A stretch of 64,000 nt of DNA, from positions 168-64,167 of the forward strand of contig CALWEA010000007.1 in the NCBI GenBank assembly GCA_944376905.1, written 5' to 3'. This document shows positions 26,817 through 35,144 of the stretch, piece by piece. The stretch comes from an uncultured Clostridia bacterium. Lineage in GTDB: Bacteria; Bacillota; Clostridia; Christensenellales; UBA1242. The notes beneath the pieces are model-generated. The model saw nothing but the letters and a program-made list of their open reading frames with translations. It ran no database searches and was not told where the DNA came from. Position 1 is the stretch's first letter, and every line of letters starts with the position of its first letter. The position numbers and the translations under genes were made by a program.

Positions 26817-27074
26817 TGTCCGCTTAAAAAAATTATTCAAAACATCTTTGTTTTAAAAGTTTTTTATAAATTTCAAATATGTTTGTAAAAATGTAAAAAA
26901 AGTAAACAAAAAGTTAAATAATATAATAAAGTTTGTATAAGTTATATTGAAATATAAAATTAAAAAATATAATATGGTTTATTTAAAATTTGTAAAAAAC
27001 GAATATAAAACAAAATTAAAAACAAACTAACAAAAAATTTAAGTTTTTTTAAATTTTGTCTTAAAGGAGAAAGA

Positions 27075-29759
27075 ATGAAAAAGAAAAAATTAATTGCAAC
27101 CTTGTGTTCGTTTGTGTTAATAGTCTGTGTTTGCACAATGTGTGTTATGGCTGCGTCAACAGCAACTGCAAATATTGTTGCGAATATATCCTACACAGCA
27201 AAAGGGAATGTTAAGTCAACAATAGATTTAAGTCAAGGCGTTGAAGATGAAACAACATCTGAAGACATAAATCAATATGTTGTCCCAGACAACAGCAGTA
27301 CATACCCAGAAAGCGAGGATAATAGTGAAATTGTATCAACGGGAACGTCAACCGAGCAAACAGAAGAATCTCCATCTATTGCAGGTGCGACATCAAAAAG
27401 AGTGATGGCATGGGTTTGGGTTTACGATCCCAACTCAGGCAAATATGTTGAAGCGTTTCAAGATTTTATGAATTCTTTTACAATAAATGGTAAAGATGAG
27501 TGTGATCAATTTGTTGAAGTTTACACAACATCATCATCTTTAAGATTAAGTGTTCAAACTCATCCTTATTATGAATTTGAAGGTTTTTACAATAGTTTAA
27601 CAGCAAGTAGTCCGTTCACAAAAAGCACAAGTTATACATACAACATATCATCAGATGTAACAATAGTTGCTAAATTTGTTCCAAAATTATATAAAATAAC
27701 AGTAACTCATTCGGCAGGTGTTGCTTCACACAAATTATCTACTACATTTCGAACTCCAGGCAATGTAGCACCTGTTTATACATCTTCTCATACTTACAGT
27801 TTGTATTATAGAGAAGGAGTTCAAATTTCTTTTACTTATCAAAACAATTATACTTGGAAAAGTTTTTATGGACCAAATGAAAATTATGGGCATAATGTAA
27901 CAAGTGAGACTGCAACAAGAATTGAATTTTTTATGGGATATAAGGATACAACAATAGAACCTAGTTTAAAATATACGGGAAGCACATCTACTGGAACAGA
28001 AGGATTTGTTTATGTTTCTTCATTTTATTCTCGTCCATTTCCAATTACTAATGATAATATAGTCCCTAAAAGTTGGGAGGCTGGAATGGGAGATTTTGCT
28101 GATGGACATACACATGATTATGATAATTACCAATTTGGTAGAAAAGTTACATTAAATACTCCAATTGAATTAGTTGCAACGCCTGAACCTGGATTTGTTT
28201 TTAAATGTTGGGCAACTAGTCAATCAATGGGTACTGTATTGTCTTATTCTTCAACATATTTGCATACTTTTAAATCTAACGCAGAAGAAGTTTATGCAAT
28301 TTTTACTCGTGATTATTGCACATTAACTATTAATGTTGGTGAAAATATGATATCTTCTGGTTATGAAGCGGTTTACGGGGGGCAAAGTTATCAACAAGAC
28401 AGATATAAGGCTGGTGGTGATACTTTATCAGTAGATTTGGTTAAAGGTTCAACTGTTACTTTGCGAAGCACTCCTGCAGATTCATATGTTTTTAATTCTT
28501 ATGTAAATAGTGATGGAGAGGTTATTTCATATGACGAAAATTATTCGTTTGTGATAAACGAACACACATCTTTAGCATCAACTTCAAAATATTTATCATT
28601 TAATTATGACTTTTCAACTTCGTATACTGATAATGGTTTAGATTATACCACTAATACTGAAATTGGAGGGCAAGTTAGTGGCGAAGAAGACGGAGATTAT
28701 TCAGGAAGTACAAGTGTTTATGTGGAGAACAATGGTTCATGTTCAATTTATGCAAAAGCGAATACTGGGTATGCTTTCTTAGGTTTTAATTCGGCTAAAG
28801 ATGGAACTGGTGCTAGTTATAATGCAACTGAAAGTAGTGGGGTTTATTCTTACACTTTTTCAAATATAACTTCTAACAATACTATCTATGCAATCTTTGC
28901 TAAAACTTACACTGTTAATATTCAAATTGATGATGGTGTTGGTGGTGTTGTTGGCTCGCTTTCCGGAACTTTCTATGTTGGTCAACAATTAAATCTTAAT
29001 GATATGAGTATATTCGATTTGACTATTGAAGATGGTTATATTTTTGATGGTTGGGAATTGGTTAGCGGAAGTTTACCTTCTGGTTTTGAGGTTGATAGTA
29101 TAGAGCAAAGTAATTCTTTGATTATGCCAAGTGGAGATTTTACTGTTAAAGCAACGACAAAACTTGCAAATCGTATTGTTTTTGACGGAACAGAAATTGT
29201 TGCTAGTGGTAGTTTTGATTTGGGAAATATAAATCTTTCTATTCCTGAGGGCTCTCAAAATAATGTTGTTTATTGGTATTCTTTAACCGTTACAAACAAC
29301 TATACAACTGATGATACTTTTGATAAAACTTATTTAAAAATTACTTTTAATTTGCCAACTGATGCTTTGGGAGAAACTGCCGTTTTGACAGTTAAATACT
29401 TAAATGCAAATGGTGATGACAATACTTCTGCTTGGAGTACTATTAGTGATGGAAAGCAACATTTCGTTTTAGCACCAACTGGAACTGCTGGACAAGATAA
29501 TATTGCAACCATTGTTGTTACATTTGAAATTAATGCAGAAAGTTCTGCGTCAGCAAATTTGGCAAGTTCTATAATTTTAGAAGCGTGTGATGAAAATGGT
29601 TTAACAGCAGAAGAACTTTCCACAAATAACTCTGCAATTGTTAGTGATAATAGTAGCAGTAGTTTAGAAAATAATTTAATAGATTTTCAAGATGTCATTT
29701 TAAACAATAATTCAAATGAAAATTTAAATTTAATTTTCTATCTTAAAGAAATTGTTTAA
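27075..29759 (+). CDS. 894-aa secreted protein: TasA/camelysin-like N- and C-terminal parts split by six Listeria-Bacteroides (InlB-B-type) repeats; paralog 3 of 4
   Basis: The N-terminus MKKKKLIATLCSFVLIVCVCTMCVMAASTATANIVANISYTAKGNV is close to that of 37317..37976. The C-terminal 200 aa (YWYSLTVTNNYT..LKITFNLP..IATIVVTFEINAESSASANLASSIILEACDENG) align with the rest of that paralog. In between are the repeat signatures YEFEGFYN..VTIVAKF, GFVFKCWAT..EVYAIFT, SYVFNSYV, GYAFLGFNS..TIYAIFA and GYIFDGWEL. The RBS is aaggag. Confidence 0.55.
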   Translation: MKKKKLIATLCSFVLIVCVCTMCVMAASTATANIVANISYTAKGNVKSTIDLSQGVEDETTSEDINQYVVPDNSSTYPESEDNSEIVSTGTSTEQTEESPSIAGATSKRVMAWVWVYDPNSGKYVEAFQDFMNSFTINGKDECDQFVEVYTTSSSLRLSVQTHPYYEFEGFYNSLTASSPFTKSTSYTYNISSDVTIVAKFVPKLYKITVTHSAGVASHKLSTTFRTPGNVAPVYTSSHTYSLYYREGVQISFTYQNNYTWKSFYGPNENYGHNVTSETATRIEFFMGYKDTTIEPSLKYTGSTSTGTEGFVYVSSFYSRPFPITNDNIVPKSWEAGMGDFADGHTHDYDNYQFGRKVTLNTPIELVATPEPGFVFKCWATSQSMGTVLSYSSTYLHTFKSNAEEVYAIFTRDYCTLTINVGENMISSGYEAVYGGQSYQQDRYKAGGDTLSVDLVKGSTVTLRSTPADSYVFNSYVNSDGEVISYDENYSFVINEHTSLASTSKYLSFNYDFSTSYTDNGLDYTTNTEIGGQVSGEEDGDYSGSTSVYVENNGSCSIYAKANTGYAFLGFNSAKDGTGASYNATESSGVYSYTFSNITSNNTIYAIFAKTYTVNIQIDDGVGGVVGSLSGTFYVGQQLNLNDMSIFDLTIEDGYIFDGWELVSGSLPSGFEVDSIEQSNSLIMPSGDFTVKATTKLANRIVFDGTEIVASGSFDLGNINLSIPEGSQNNVVYWYSLTVTNNYTTDDTFDKTYLKITFNLPTDALGETAVLTVKYLNANGDDNTSAWSTISDGKQHFVLAPTGTAGQDNIATIVVTFEINAESSASANLASSIILEACDENGLTAEELSTNNSAIVSDNSSSSLENNLIDFQDVILNNNSNENLNLIFYLKEIV

Positions 29760-29814
29760 AATATAAATTGATTTATAAATTAAAAGTAGTTTGATTTGAT
29801 TATAGTATTGAAAT

Positions 29815-29856
29815 AAAAAAACAACAGGTTGACTGTAGGTTGACTGTTGTTTTTTT
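29815..29856. terminator. Bidirectional terminator between 27075..29759 and ssrA
   Basis: An A-run and acaacag pair with ctgttgt and a T-run around a 16-nt loop. Confidence 0.55.
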
Positions 29857-29858
29857 CT

Positions 29859-30256
29859 TGGTGGAGACGGCGAGATTTGAACTCGCGTCCAGTTTGGTTC
29901 TTATTTGCTTTTCTACATATTTAGTTTGCGTTATTTTTTTACTTTATTGGAACATCTCGCAAACAAGTGTTTTCAACAAAGAACTTTTTAAATTTTCTAC
30001 ACTCTCAAAAGTTAAACTAAGCGTAGAGTTTCACGAGTATTATACTCTTTTGTGTGCTTCGTGAGGCCACACAAGAGCAAACTGCATTACGCTGCAGCTA
30101 AGCAAGAAACACCATAGCCAACATTGGTTGAAGCAGTGGTTGTTTCAGTTTTCGCATTGTCTGCATTTATTTTTTTGAAGATTTTTTAGGTTTTACTTCG
30201 TTAACCATATGCTTTACACAAACACTAACTCAAACTGTCGAAAGCCTTACGCCCCC
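29859..30256 (-). ncRNA. ssrA: tmRNA (SsrA)
   Basis: On the minus strand the 5' end is GGGGGCGTAAGGCTTTCGACAG. The 3' end is GGACGCGAGTTCAAATCTCGCCGTCTCCACCA (T-arm, acceptor, CCA). A G3:U pair sits in the acceptor stem. An internal frame GCA GAC AAT ... TTA GCT GCA GCG TAA (30164..30087) encodes ADNAKTETTTASTNVGYGVSCLAAA. smpB lies immediately upstream. Confidence 0.9.
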
Positions 30257-30466
30257 AAAGGAGAGTTTTTGAAGAAAAAACAATTTTGTTTTAATATAAT
30301 TAGCCTTTTTTTAAAACAAAATCAGTATATTATATAATATATTTAAAAAAAAGTCAATATAGAAAATTTTTGTTTTTGTCGACAGAATAATTTTTCTTTT
30401 GCTAATTGTTTTATTTATTATGGTTTATATTTTATAAAAATTATTTTTTTAATTAATTATATACTT

Positions 30467-30620
30467 ATTATTAATAAATTATGTTATATTAATTTTATTA
30501 ATTATATAGTTGTTAATGATGAATTATATAATATTACTTTATTAATTTATAGTTATTAATGATACATTATAGAGTGTTACTTTACTTTCTATTTATTAAT
30601 AATAAATTATGTGATATTAT
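30467..30620. repeat. Composite repeat between smpB and ssrA
   Basis: Two units of about 45 bp (30495..30540 and 30541..30583; ..attaat.tatagtt.ttaatgat..attata....ttacttt) are bracketed by two copies of attaataaattatgtKatatta (about 30470 and about 30595). Confidence 0.65.
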
Positions 30621-30662
30621 TTTTTTAACTTTGCTAATTTTATAATTGATGCTTTATTAATT

Positions 30663-31148
30663 TTAAGTATTTATATGTCTGGCGATATCTCTTTCTATTG
30701 TACGTTTTTTTATTGTTTCTCTTTTATCGTATAATTTTTTTCCTTTCCCTAATCCAATCTCAATTTTTACTAAATTATTTTTGATATAAACTTTTAATGG
30801 AATAATAGTATAACCCATTGCGTCTAATTTGTGTTTTAATTTCAGTATTTCTTGTTTTTTTAAAAGAAGTTTTCTTGTTCTTTTTGAATCAGGTGTGTAG
30901 GCAGAACTATTTTCATAAGGTTTAATATATGCATTTTTTAAAAAAACTTCGTTGTTTCTTATAAAAACAAAACTTTCTATTAAACTAATGTGGCCCGCTC
31001 TTATACTTTTAACTTCGCTTCCTTCCAAAACTATTCCTGCTTCATAAACATCGTTTATCTCGTAATTAAATCGTGCTTTTTTGTTTACGCTTATAATTTT
31101 TATTGAATTATTATTTTGTTTTTTGTTATTAGTTGTATTTTTTGCCAT
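30663..31148 (-). CDS. smpB: SsrA-binding protein SmpB
   Basis: NKKARFNYEINDVYEAGIVLEGSEVKSIRAGHISL...VFLKNAYIKPYE is present, and the gene is adjacent to tmRNA. Confidence 0.92.
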   Translation of the reverse strand: MAKNTTNNKKQNNNSIKIISVNKKARFNYEINDVYEAGIVLEGSEVKSIRAGHISLIESFVFIRNNEVFLKNAYIKPYENSSAYTPDSKRTRKLLLKKQEILKLKHKLDAMGYTIIPLKVYIKNNLVKIEIGLGKGKKLYDKRETIKKRTIERDIARHINT

Positions 31149-31284
31149 AACACAATTCCTTATTTTAATCTAAGAAAAAAAATTATTAAAAATTTTTTAT
31201 TTTTTAATCAATTTTAACAAAACATTAATTTTATATTTTTTTAATTTATGCTTTTATAAGTTTTCAGTTTTTAACTTTTCTAAT

Positions 31285-33381
31285 TTATTTTCTTTTTCTT
31301 TTATTTGTTGTTTTACTTTTTTTATTGAAGTTGTTTGCAAAAGATGTGAAACTGTTTAATTCGCCTCTATTTTTTTTATAATTTTTTTGATTATTTTTAA
31401 AACTTTCTCGTTGGTCTTTTGGTTTGATTTTTTCTTTTTTGGGTCGTGGAATATATGCGGTATCTGCCTCACAAAAATCTATTTGTCTTTTTGGCAAATC
31501 AACTGCAACAACTCTTATTTTTATTGCATCACCAAAACTATATGAATGTTTACGTCCTTTAAGTTGCATTGTTTTTTCTTGATAATCATATTCATCGTCT
31601 GGTAAATTTTCTATTCTAACTAATCCTTCAATAGTGTTATCTAGTTCAACAAAAACTCCAAAACTTGTAACCCCGCAAACATGTCCGTCGTAAACTTCGC
31701 CTATATGTTTTTGCATATACTCAGCCATTTTGAGAGCGTTGACTTGTCGCTCAGTTGTTTCTGCTCGTTTTTCTGTTACGCTCGCCTGTTCACTTGCTTC
31801 AACAACAAATTGTTTAAGTTCATCTATTTGTTCGGTGTTTGAATTTTTGTTAATTTTTTTATTTAAATAATCTTTTATTATTCTATGAATTGTTAAATCG
31901 CTATATCTTCTAATAGGTGAGGTAAAGTGGGTGTAATAAGTACTTGCCAAACCAAAGTGGCCCAAACATTTTTCACAATATCTTGCTTTTGCTAAACTGA
32001 TTAAAACAACTTTATGAAGAACATCTTCATAAGGTTTGCCTTTTGCTGATGTTAAAACATTTTGATAATCTTTTGGGGTTATGTTTTTAGGAAAAACAAT
32101 AGGGTTAAGTCCCAATCCTTCAACAAAACCTGTTAAATTTTGAACTTTTTCAGGTGGCGGAGTTTCGTGAACACGATAAACAAAGGGAACTTTAAGATTA
32201 TAAAAATGTTCTGCAACTGTTTCATTACAAACAATCATAAAACTTTCTATCATTCTGTGTGCAATATTGTGTTCATATTTATGAATATCAACAAGTTCAC
32301 CTTTTTCATTTATTTCAAAATATGTTTCTGGAAGGTCTAGTTCCAAGTAGCCTTTATTAAATTTGTCTTTTTCCAAAATCAAGCACAATTCTTCCATAAG
32401 TTTAAATTTGCTTGCTAGTTTAACATATTTGTCATCTTTTTCATTTCCTAGTAGAGTTTCGTAAACACGAGTGTAGGTTAGTCTTGCAACGGACTTAATA
32501 ACGCTTTCAAAAATTTTGTGATTAACAACTTCTGCATTTGGAGTTATTTCCATTTCACAAGAAAGAGCCAAGCGCTCAACTCCTTCATTTAAAGAACAAA
32601 TACCATTAGAAAGTGAGGTTGGAAGCATTGGAATAACATAACCAGGGAAGTATGCACTCGTTCCTCTTTTGTATGCCTCTAAATCTATTTCACTTCCTCG
32701 CTTAACATAATGACCAACGTCTGCAATGTGAACACCGAGATAAAAGTTTCCATTTTCTAATTTTTTAATAGAGATAGCATCGTCAAGGTCCTTGCTATCA
32801 TCTCCATCAATAGTAAAAATAATTTCATTGGTTAAATCAACACGATTTTTCTTTTCAAAATTTTGGACTTCTTGCGAAATTTTTGATGAGGCGTCAATAA
32901 CGTTTTGAGGAAAGGTTTCTGGGAGTTTATTAGTTCTTATTATTGCTTTTTCTAGGACGCTTCTGTCACTTGCTTGCCCCAAAACTTCAATAATTTCACC
33001 TCTTAAATTTTCGTCGCCAGCAGGTTGAGCGGTTACTTTAACAACAACTTTATCTCCAATATTAGCACCATGTAAATCTTTTGAATTTATTAAAACAACT
33101 TTGTGGATTTTAGGATTGTCGCTTATAACATAATTACCCATAAGCCCATATGCTAAATCACCAACTATTTGTTGATTTGCATATTCTAAGATTTTTCTAA
33201 CTTCTGCAAGGTTGCTGTTTTCTCCTATATTGGTTGCGCAAATAACAACTCTATCTCCATCAAGGGCGCCCCCCATTTTATTTGGAGGAATAAAAAAATC
33301 GTCATCAAATCCCTCAATACTAACGAATCCGAATCCTTTACTGTTGCCAACTAAATTTCCTTCAAAAAATTCTTCTTTCAT
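31285..33381 (-). CDS. rnr: Ribonuclease R
   Basis: It has an N-terminal cold-shock-like region (GNSKGFGFV), an RNB catalytic domain (IFTIDGDDSKDLDDAISI, SPIRRYSDLTIHR), a C-terminal S1 domain (GHVCGVTSFGVFVEL) and a basic tail. The rnr-smpB-ssrA order matches other Firmicutes. Confidence 0.92.
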   Translation of the reverse strand: MKEEFFEGNLVGNSKGFGFVSIEGFDDDFFIPPNKMGGALDGDRVVICATNIGENSNLAEVRKILEYANQQIVGDLAYGLMGNYVISDNPKIHKVVLINSKDLHGANIGDKVVVKVTAQPAGDENLRGEIIEVLGQASDRSVLEKAIIRTNKLPETFPQNVIDASSKISQEVQNFEKKNRVDLTNEIIFTIDGDDSKDLDDAISIKKLENGNFYLGVHIADVGHYVKRGSEIDLEAYKRGTSAYFPGYVIPMLPTSLSNGICSLNEGVERLALSCEMEITPNAEVVNHKIFESVIKSVARLTYTRVYETLLGNEKDDKYVKLASKFKLMEELCLILEKDKFNKGYLELDLPETYFEINEKGELVDIHKYEHNIAHRMIESFMIVCNETVAEHFYNLKVPFVYRVHETPPPEKVQNLTGFVEGLGLNPIVFPKNITPKDYQNVLTSAKGKPYEDVLHKVVLISLAKARYCEKCLGHFGLASTYYTHFTSPIRRYSDLTIHRIIKDYLNKKINKNSNTEQIDELKQFVVEASEQASVTEKRAETTERQVNALKMAEYMQKHIGEVYDGHVCGVTSFGVFVELDNTIEGLVRIENLPDDEYDYQEKTMQLKGRKHSYSFGDAIKIRVVAVDLPKRQIDFCEADTAYIPRPKKEKIKPKDQRESFKNNQKNYKKNRGELNSFTSFANNFNKKSKTTNKRKRK

Positions 33382-33782
33382 TTAAATTAAACTCTCTTTT
33401 ATTCATTTTGATTTTAGATTTTGAATTTATAACTCTATAATTATCTAATAGTTATTTTTTATTAAGTATATAATATAACATAAAAATCTGCAAGCAATTT
33501 AAAAAATCTTTTTTTTTGTAGTAGAAAAATAAAAAATTTTAAAAATAAATTTTCTTATAAGATTTTGTAGAATATGAAATTAAAATATTTTGGAGAGTGT
33601 TTTTTAACAGAATTATAAAAATCAATTAAAATAAATATTAAAAAAACAAAAATTTTTATATAAAAACAATTTATAATAAAAATATTAAAATAATAAAAAA
33701 AACAAAATACAATGTTAAATATGACAAGCAAAAAAACAAAAAGTTAAAAATTTAATATTATTAATAAATTTAATATATTAAG

Positions 33783-33810
33783 TCTGCTAATCTGCATCTG
33801 CTAATCTGCA
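33783..33810. repeat. 14-bp x2 tandem (tctgctaatctgca), with an internal TCTGC(T/A)A 7-mer x4
   Basis: This is the only G/C-containing island in the 1015-bp spacer 33382..34396. Confidence 0.8.
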
Positions 33811-34329
33811 ATTTATTAAAAATTTAATTTATTTTTTAAAAAATTTAAAAATTAGTAGATAAGGTTAAATCTTTTTTTAAACAACAAAAAACAAAATAAA
33901 CTCAACACATTAAAGTAATTGTCTTTTTTGTATTAGTTTTAAAAATAATGTACAAAAAATTATTTGTTTCATTGTAAATCTTTTTTAATAGATTAAAAAA
34001 TTCTTTTTAAGGTAATAATAAAATAACCCAAGATTACAATTATAAACAAATTAAATAAAGAATAAAAAAATAAAGACAAAAAAAACAAAGACCAAAAAAA
34101 TAAAAAATGAACAAAAAAATATATATTAAATTAAAATAAAAAAATAAAAAAAATTTATTTTAATAAAATAAAAAAAATAACATTAATAAATAAAAATTAT
34201 TTTTTAAAACATAATTAAATAAATGATAGTTTTAAATTGTTTTGTTAAATAATATTTCATTTTTTTAATAAATAATATTCTATTAATTTAATAAATAATA
34301 TTCTATATAAAATTAAATTTGTTATTTAT

Positions 34330-34358
34330 TTGACATTTTTAGATAAATAAGTTATATT
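34330..34358 (+). promoter_or_regulatory. Sigma-A promoter for 34397..34831
   Basis: TTGACA (34330..34335), a 17-nt spacer, then TATATT (34353..34358). Confidence 0.55.
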
Positions 34359-34396
34359 TCAAACAAACATTAAAAATAGTAAAGGAGATTTTTAAT

Positions 34397-34831
34397 ATGG
34401 AACAAATAAATTCAAGAGTATTTACAGGACGAACAGAAGCGAGATTAATTAAAATTCGTTATGATGTTTTGCCAATTGCAATGAACACAACAGTTAATAT
34501 AACAAACGAAGATGAAATTCTTATAACAAGAGTTGATGATAAATCTATTTCATTTGAAGTAACTAGAAGTATTGTTGTCAATCCTAAATCTTTGTTTGAA
34601 ATAACTGCAACTTGTTATTTAAGAAGAACCATTGGAGAACAATTCGCTGACATACCGTCTTTAAAAAATTTGGATATAAAAGAATTTGTTAGTAAAAATT
34701 TAGATTTAACTAATATTGCATTTAGTAATTTAGCATATATTTTTGCAAGTATAACAGGAAGTTTTGGTGGAACACCTCTTTTAACGCCACCTGCTCCTGC
34801 TGGTAATGTAAATATTAAAGTTAAAGAATAA
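34397..34831 (+). CDS. Hypothetical 144-aa protein (weak SecB-like impression)
   Basis: The RBS aaggag and ATG are strong, and the gene has its own promoter and terminator. The C-terminal AFSNLAYIFASITGSFGGTPLLTPP loosely recalls the SecB C-terminal helix-loop. There is no firm family assignment. Confidence 0.5.
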   Translation: MEQINSRVFTGRTEARLIKIRYDVLPIAMNTTVNITNEDEILITRVDDKSISFEVTRSIVVNPKSLFEITATCYLRRTIGEQFADIPSLKNLDIKEFVSKNLDLTNIAFSNLAYIFASITGSFGGTPLLTPPAPAGNVNIKVKE

Positions 34832-34948
34832 AAGTAAAAAAAAATAAAAATAACAAATTTAAAATATATAATTTCTTGTTTTATTTTAAGTTGATAATCA
34901 AAATTAAATTTTTATAATTGATTGTGTCATAAAACTCAACAGATGTGT

Positions 34949-34986
34949 AAAAAACTTTATCAATAATTTTCGATAAAGTTTTTTTA
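34949..34986. terminator. Bidirectional terminator between convergent genes
   Basis: A perfect 11-bp stem aaaactttatc/gataaagtttt has a 10-nt loop and flanking A and T runs. Confidence 0.7.
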
Positions 34987-35144
34987 ATTTATATATTAAA
35001 TTTATTCAAAAAATTGCAAAAAAAATTAAAGGAAAATACTAAAAATTTTTCATATAAATTTTTTAAAATAAATTTATTAAATAAAGTTTTTAAATAAATT
35101 ATACAATCATAGTAAAAACTTTGAAAAAGTTAGTTAAATTGTAA

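Noticed and set aside
29840-30064. The 74-aa ORF in the track.
   Set aside because: It lies entirely within, and antisense to, the tmRNA gene. It is a chance ORF.
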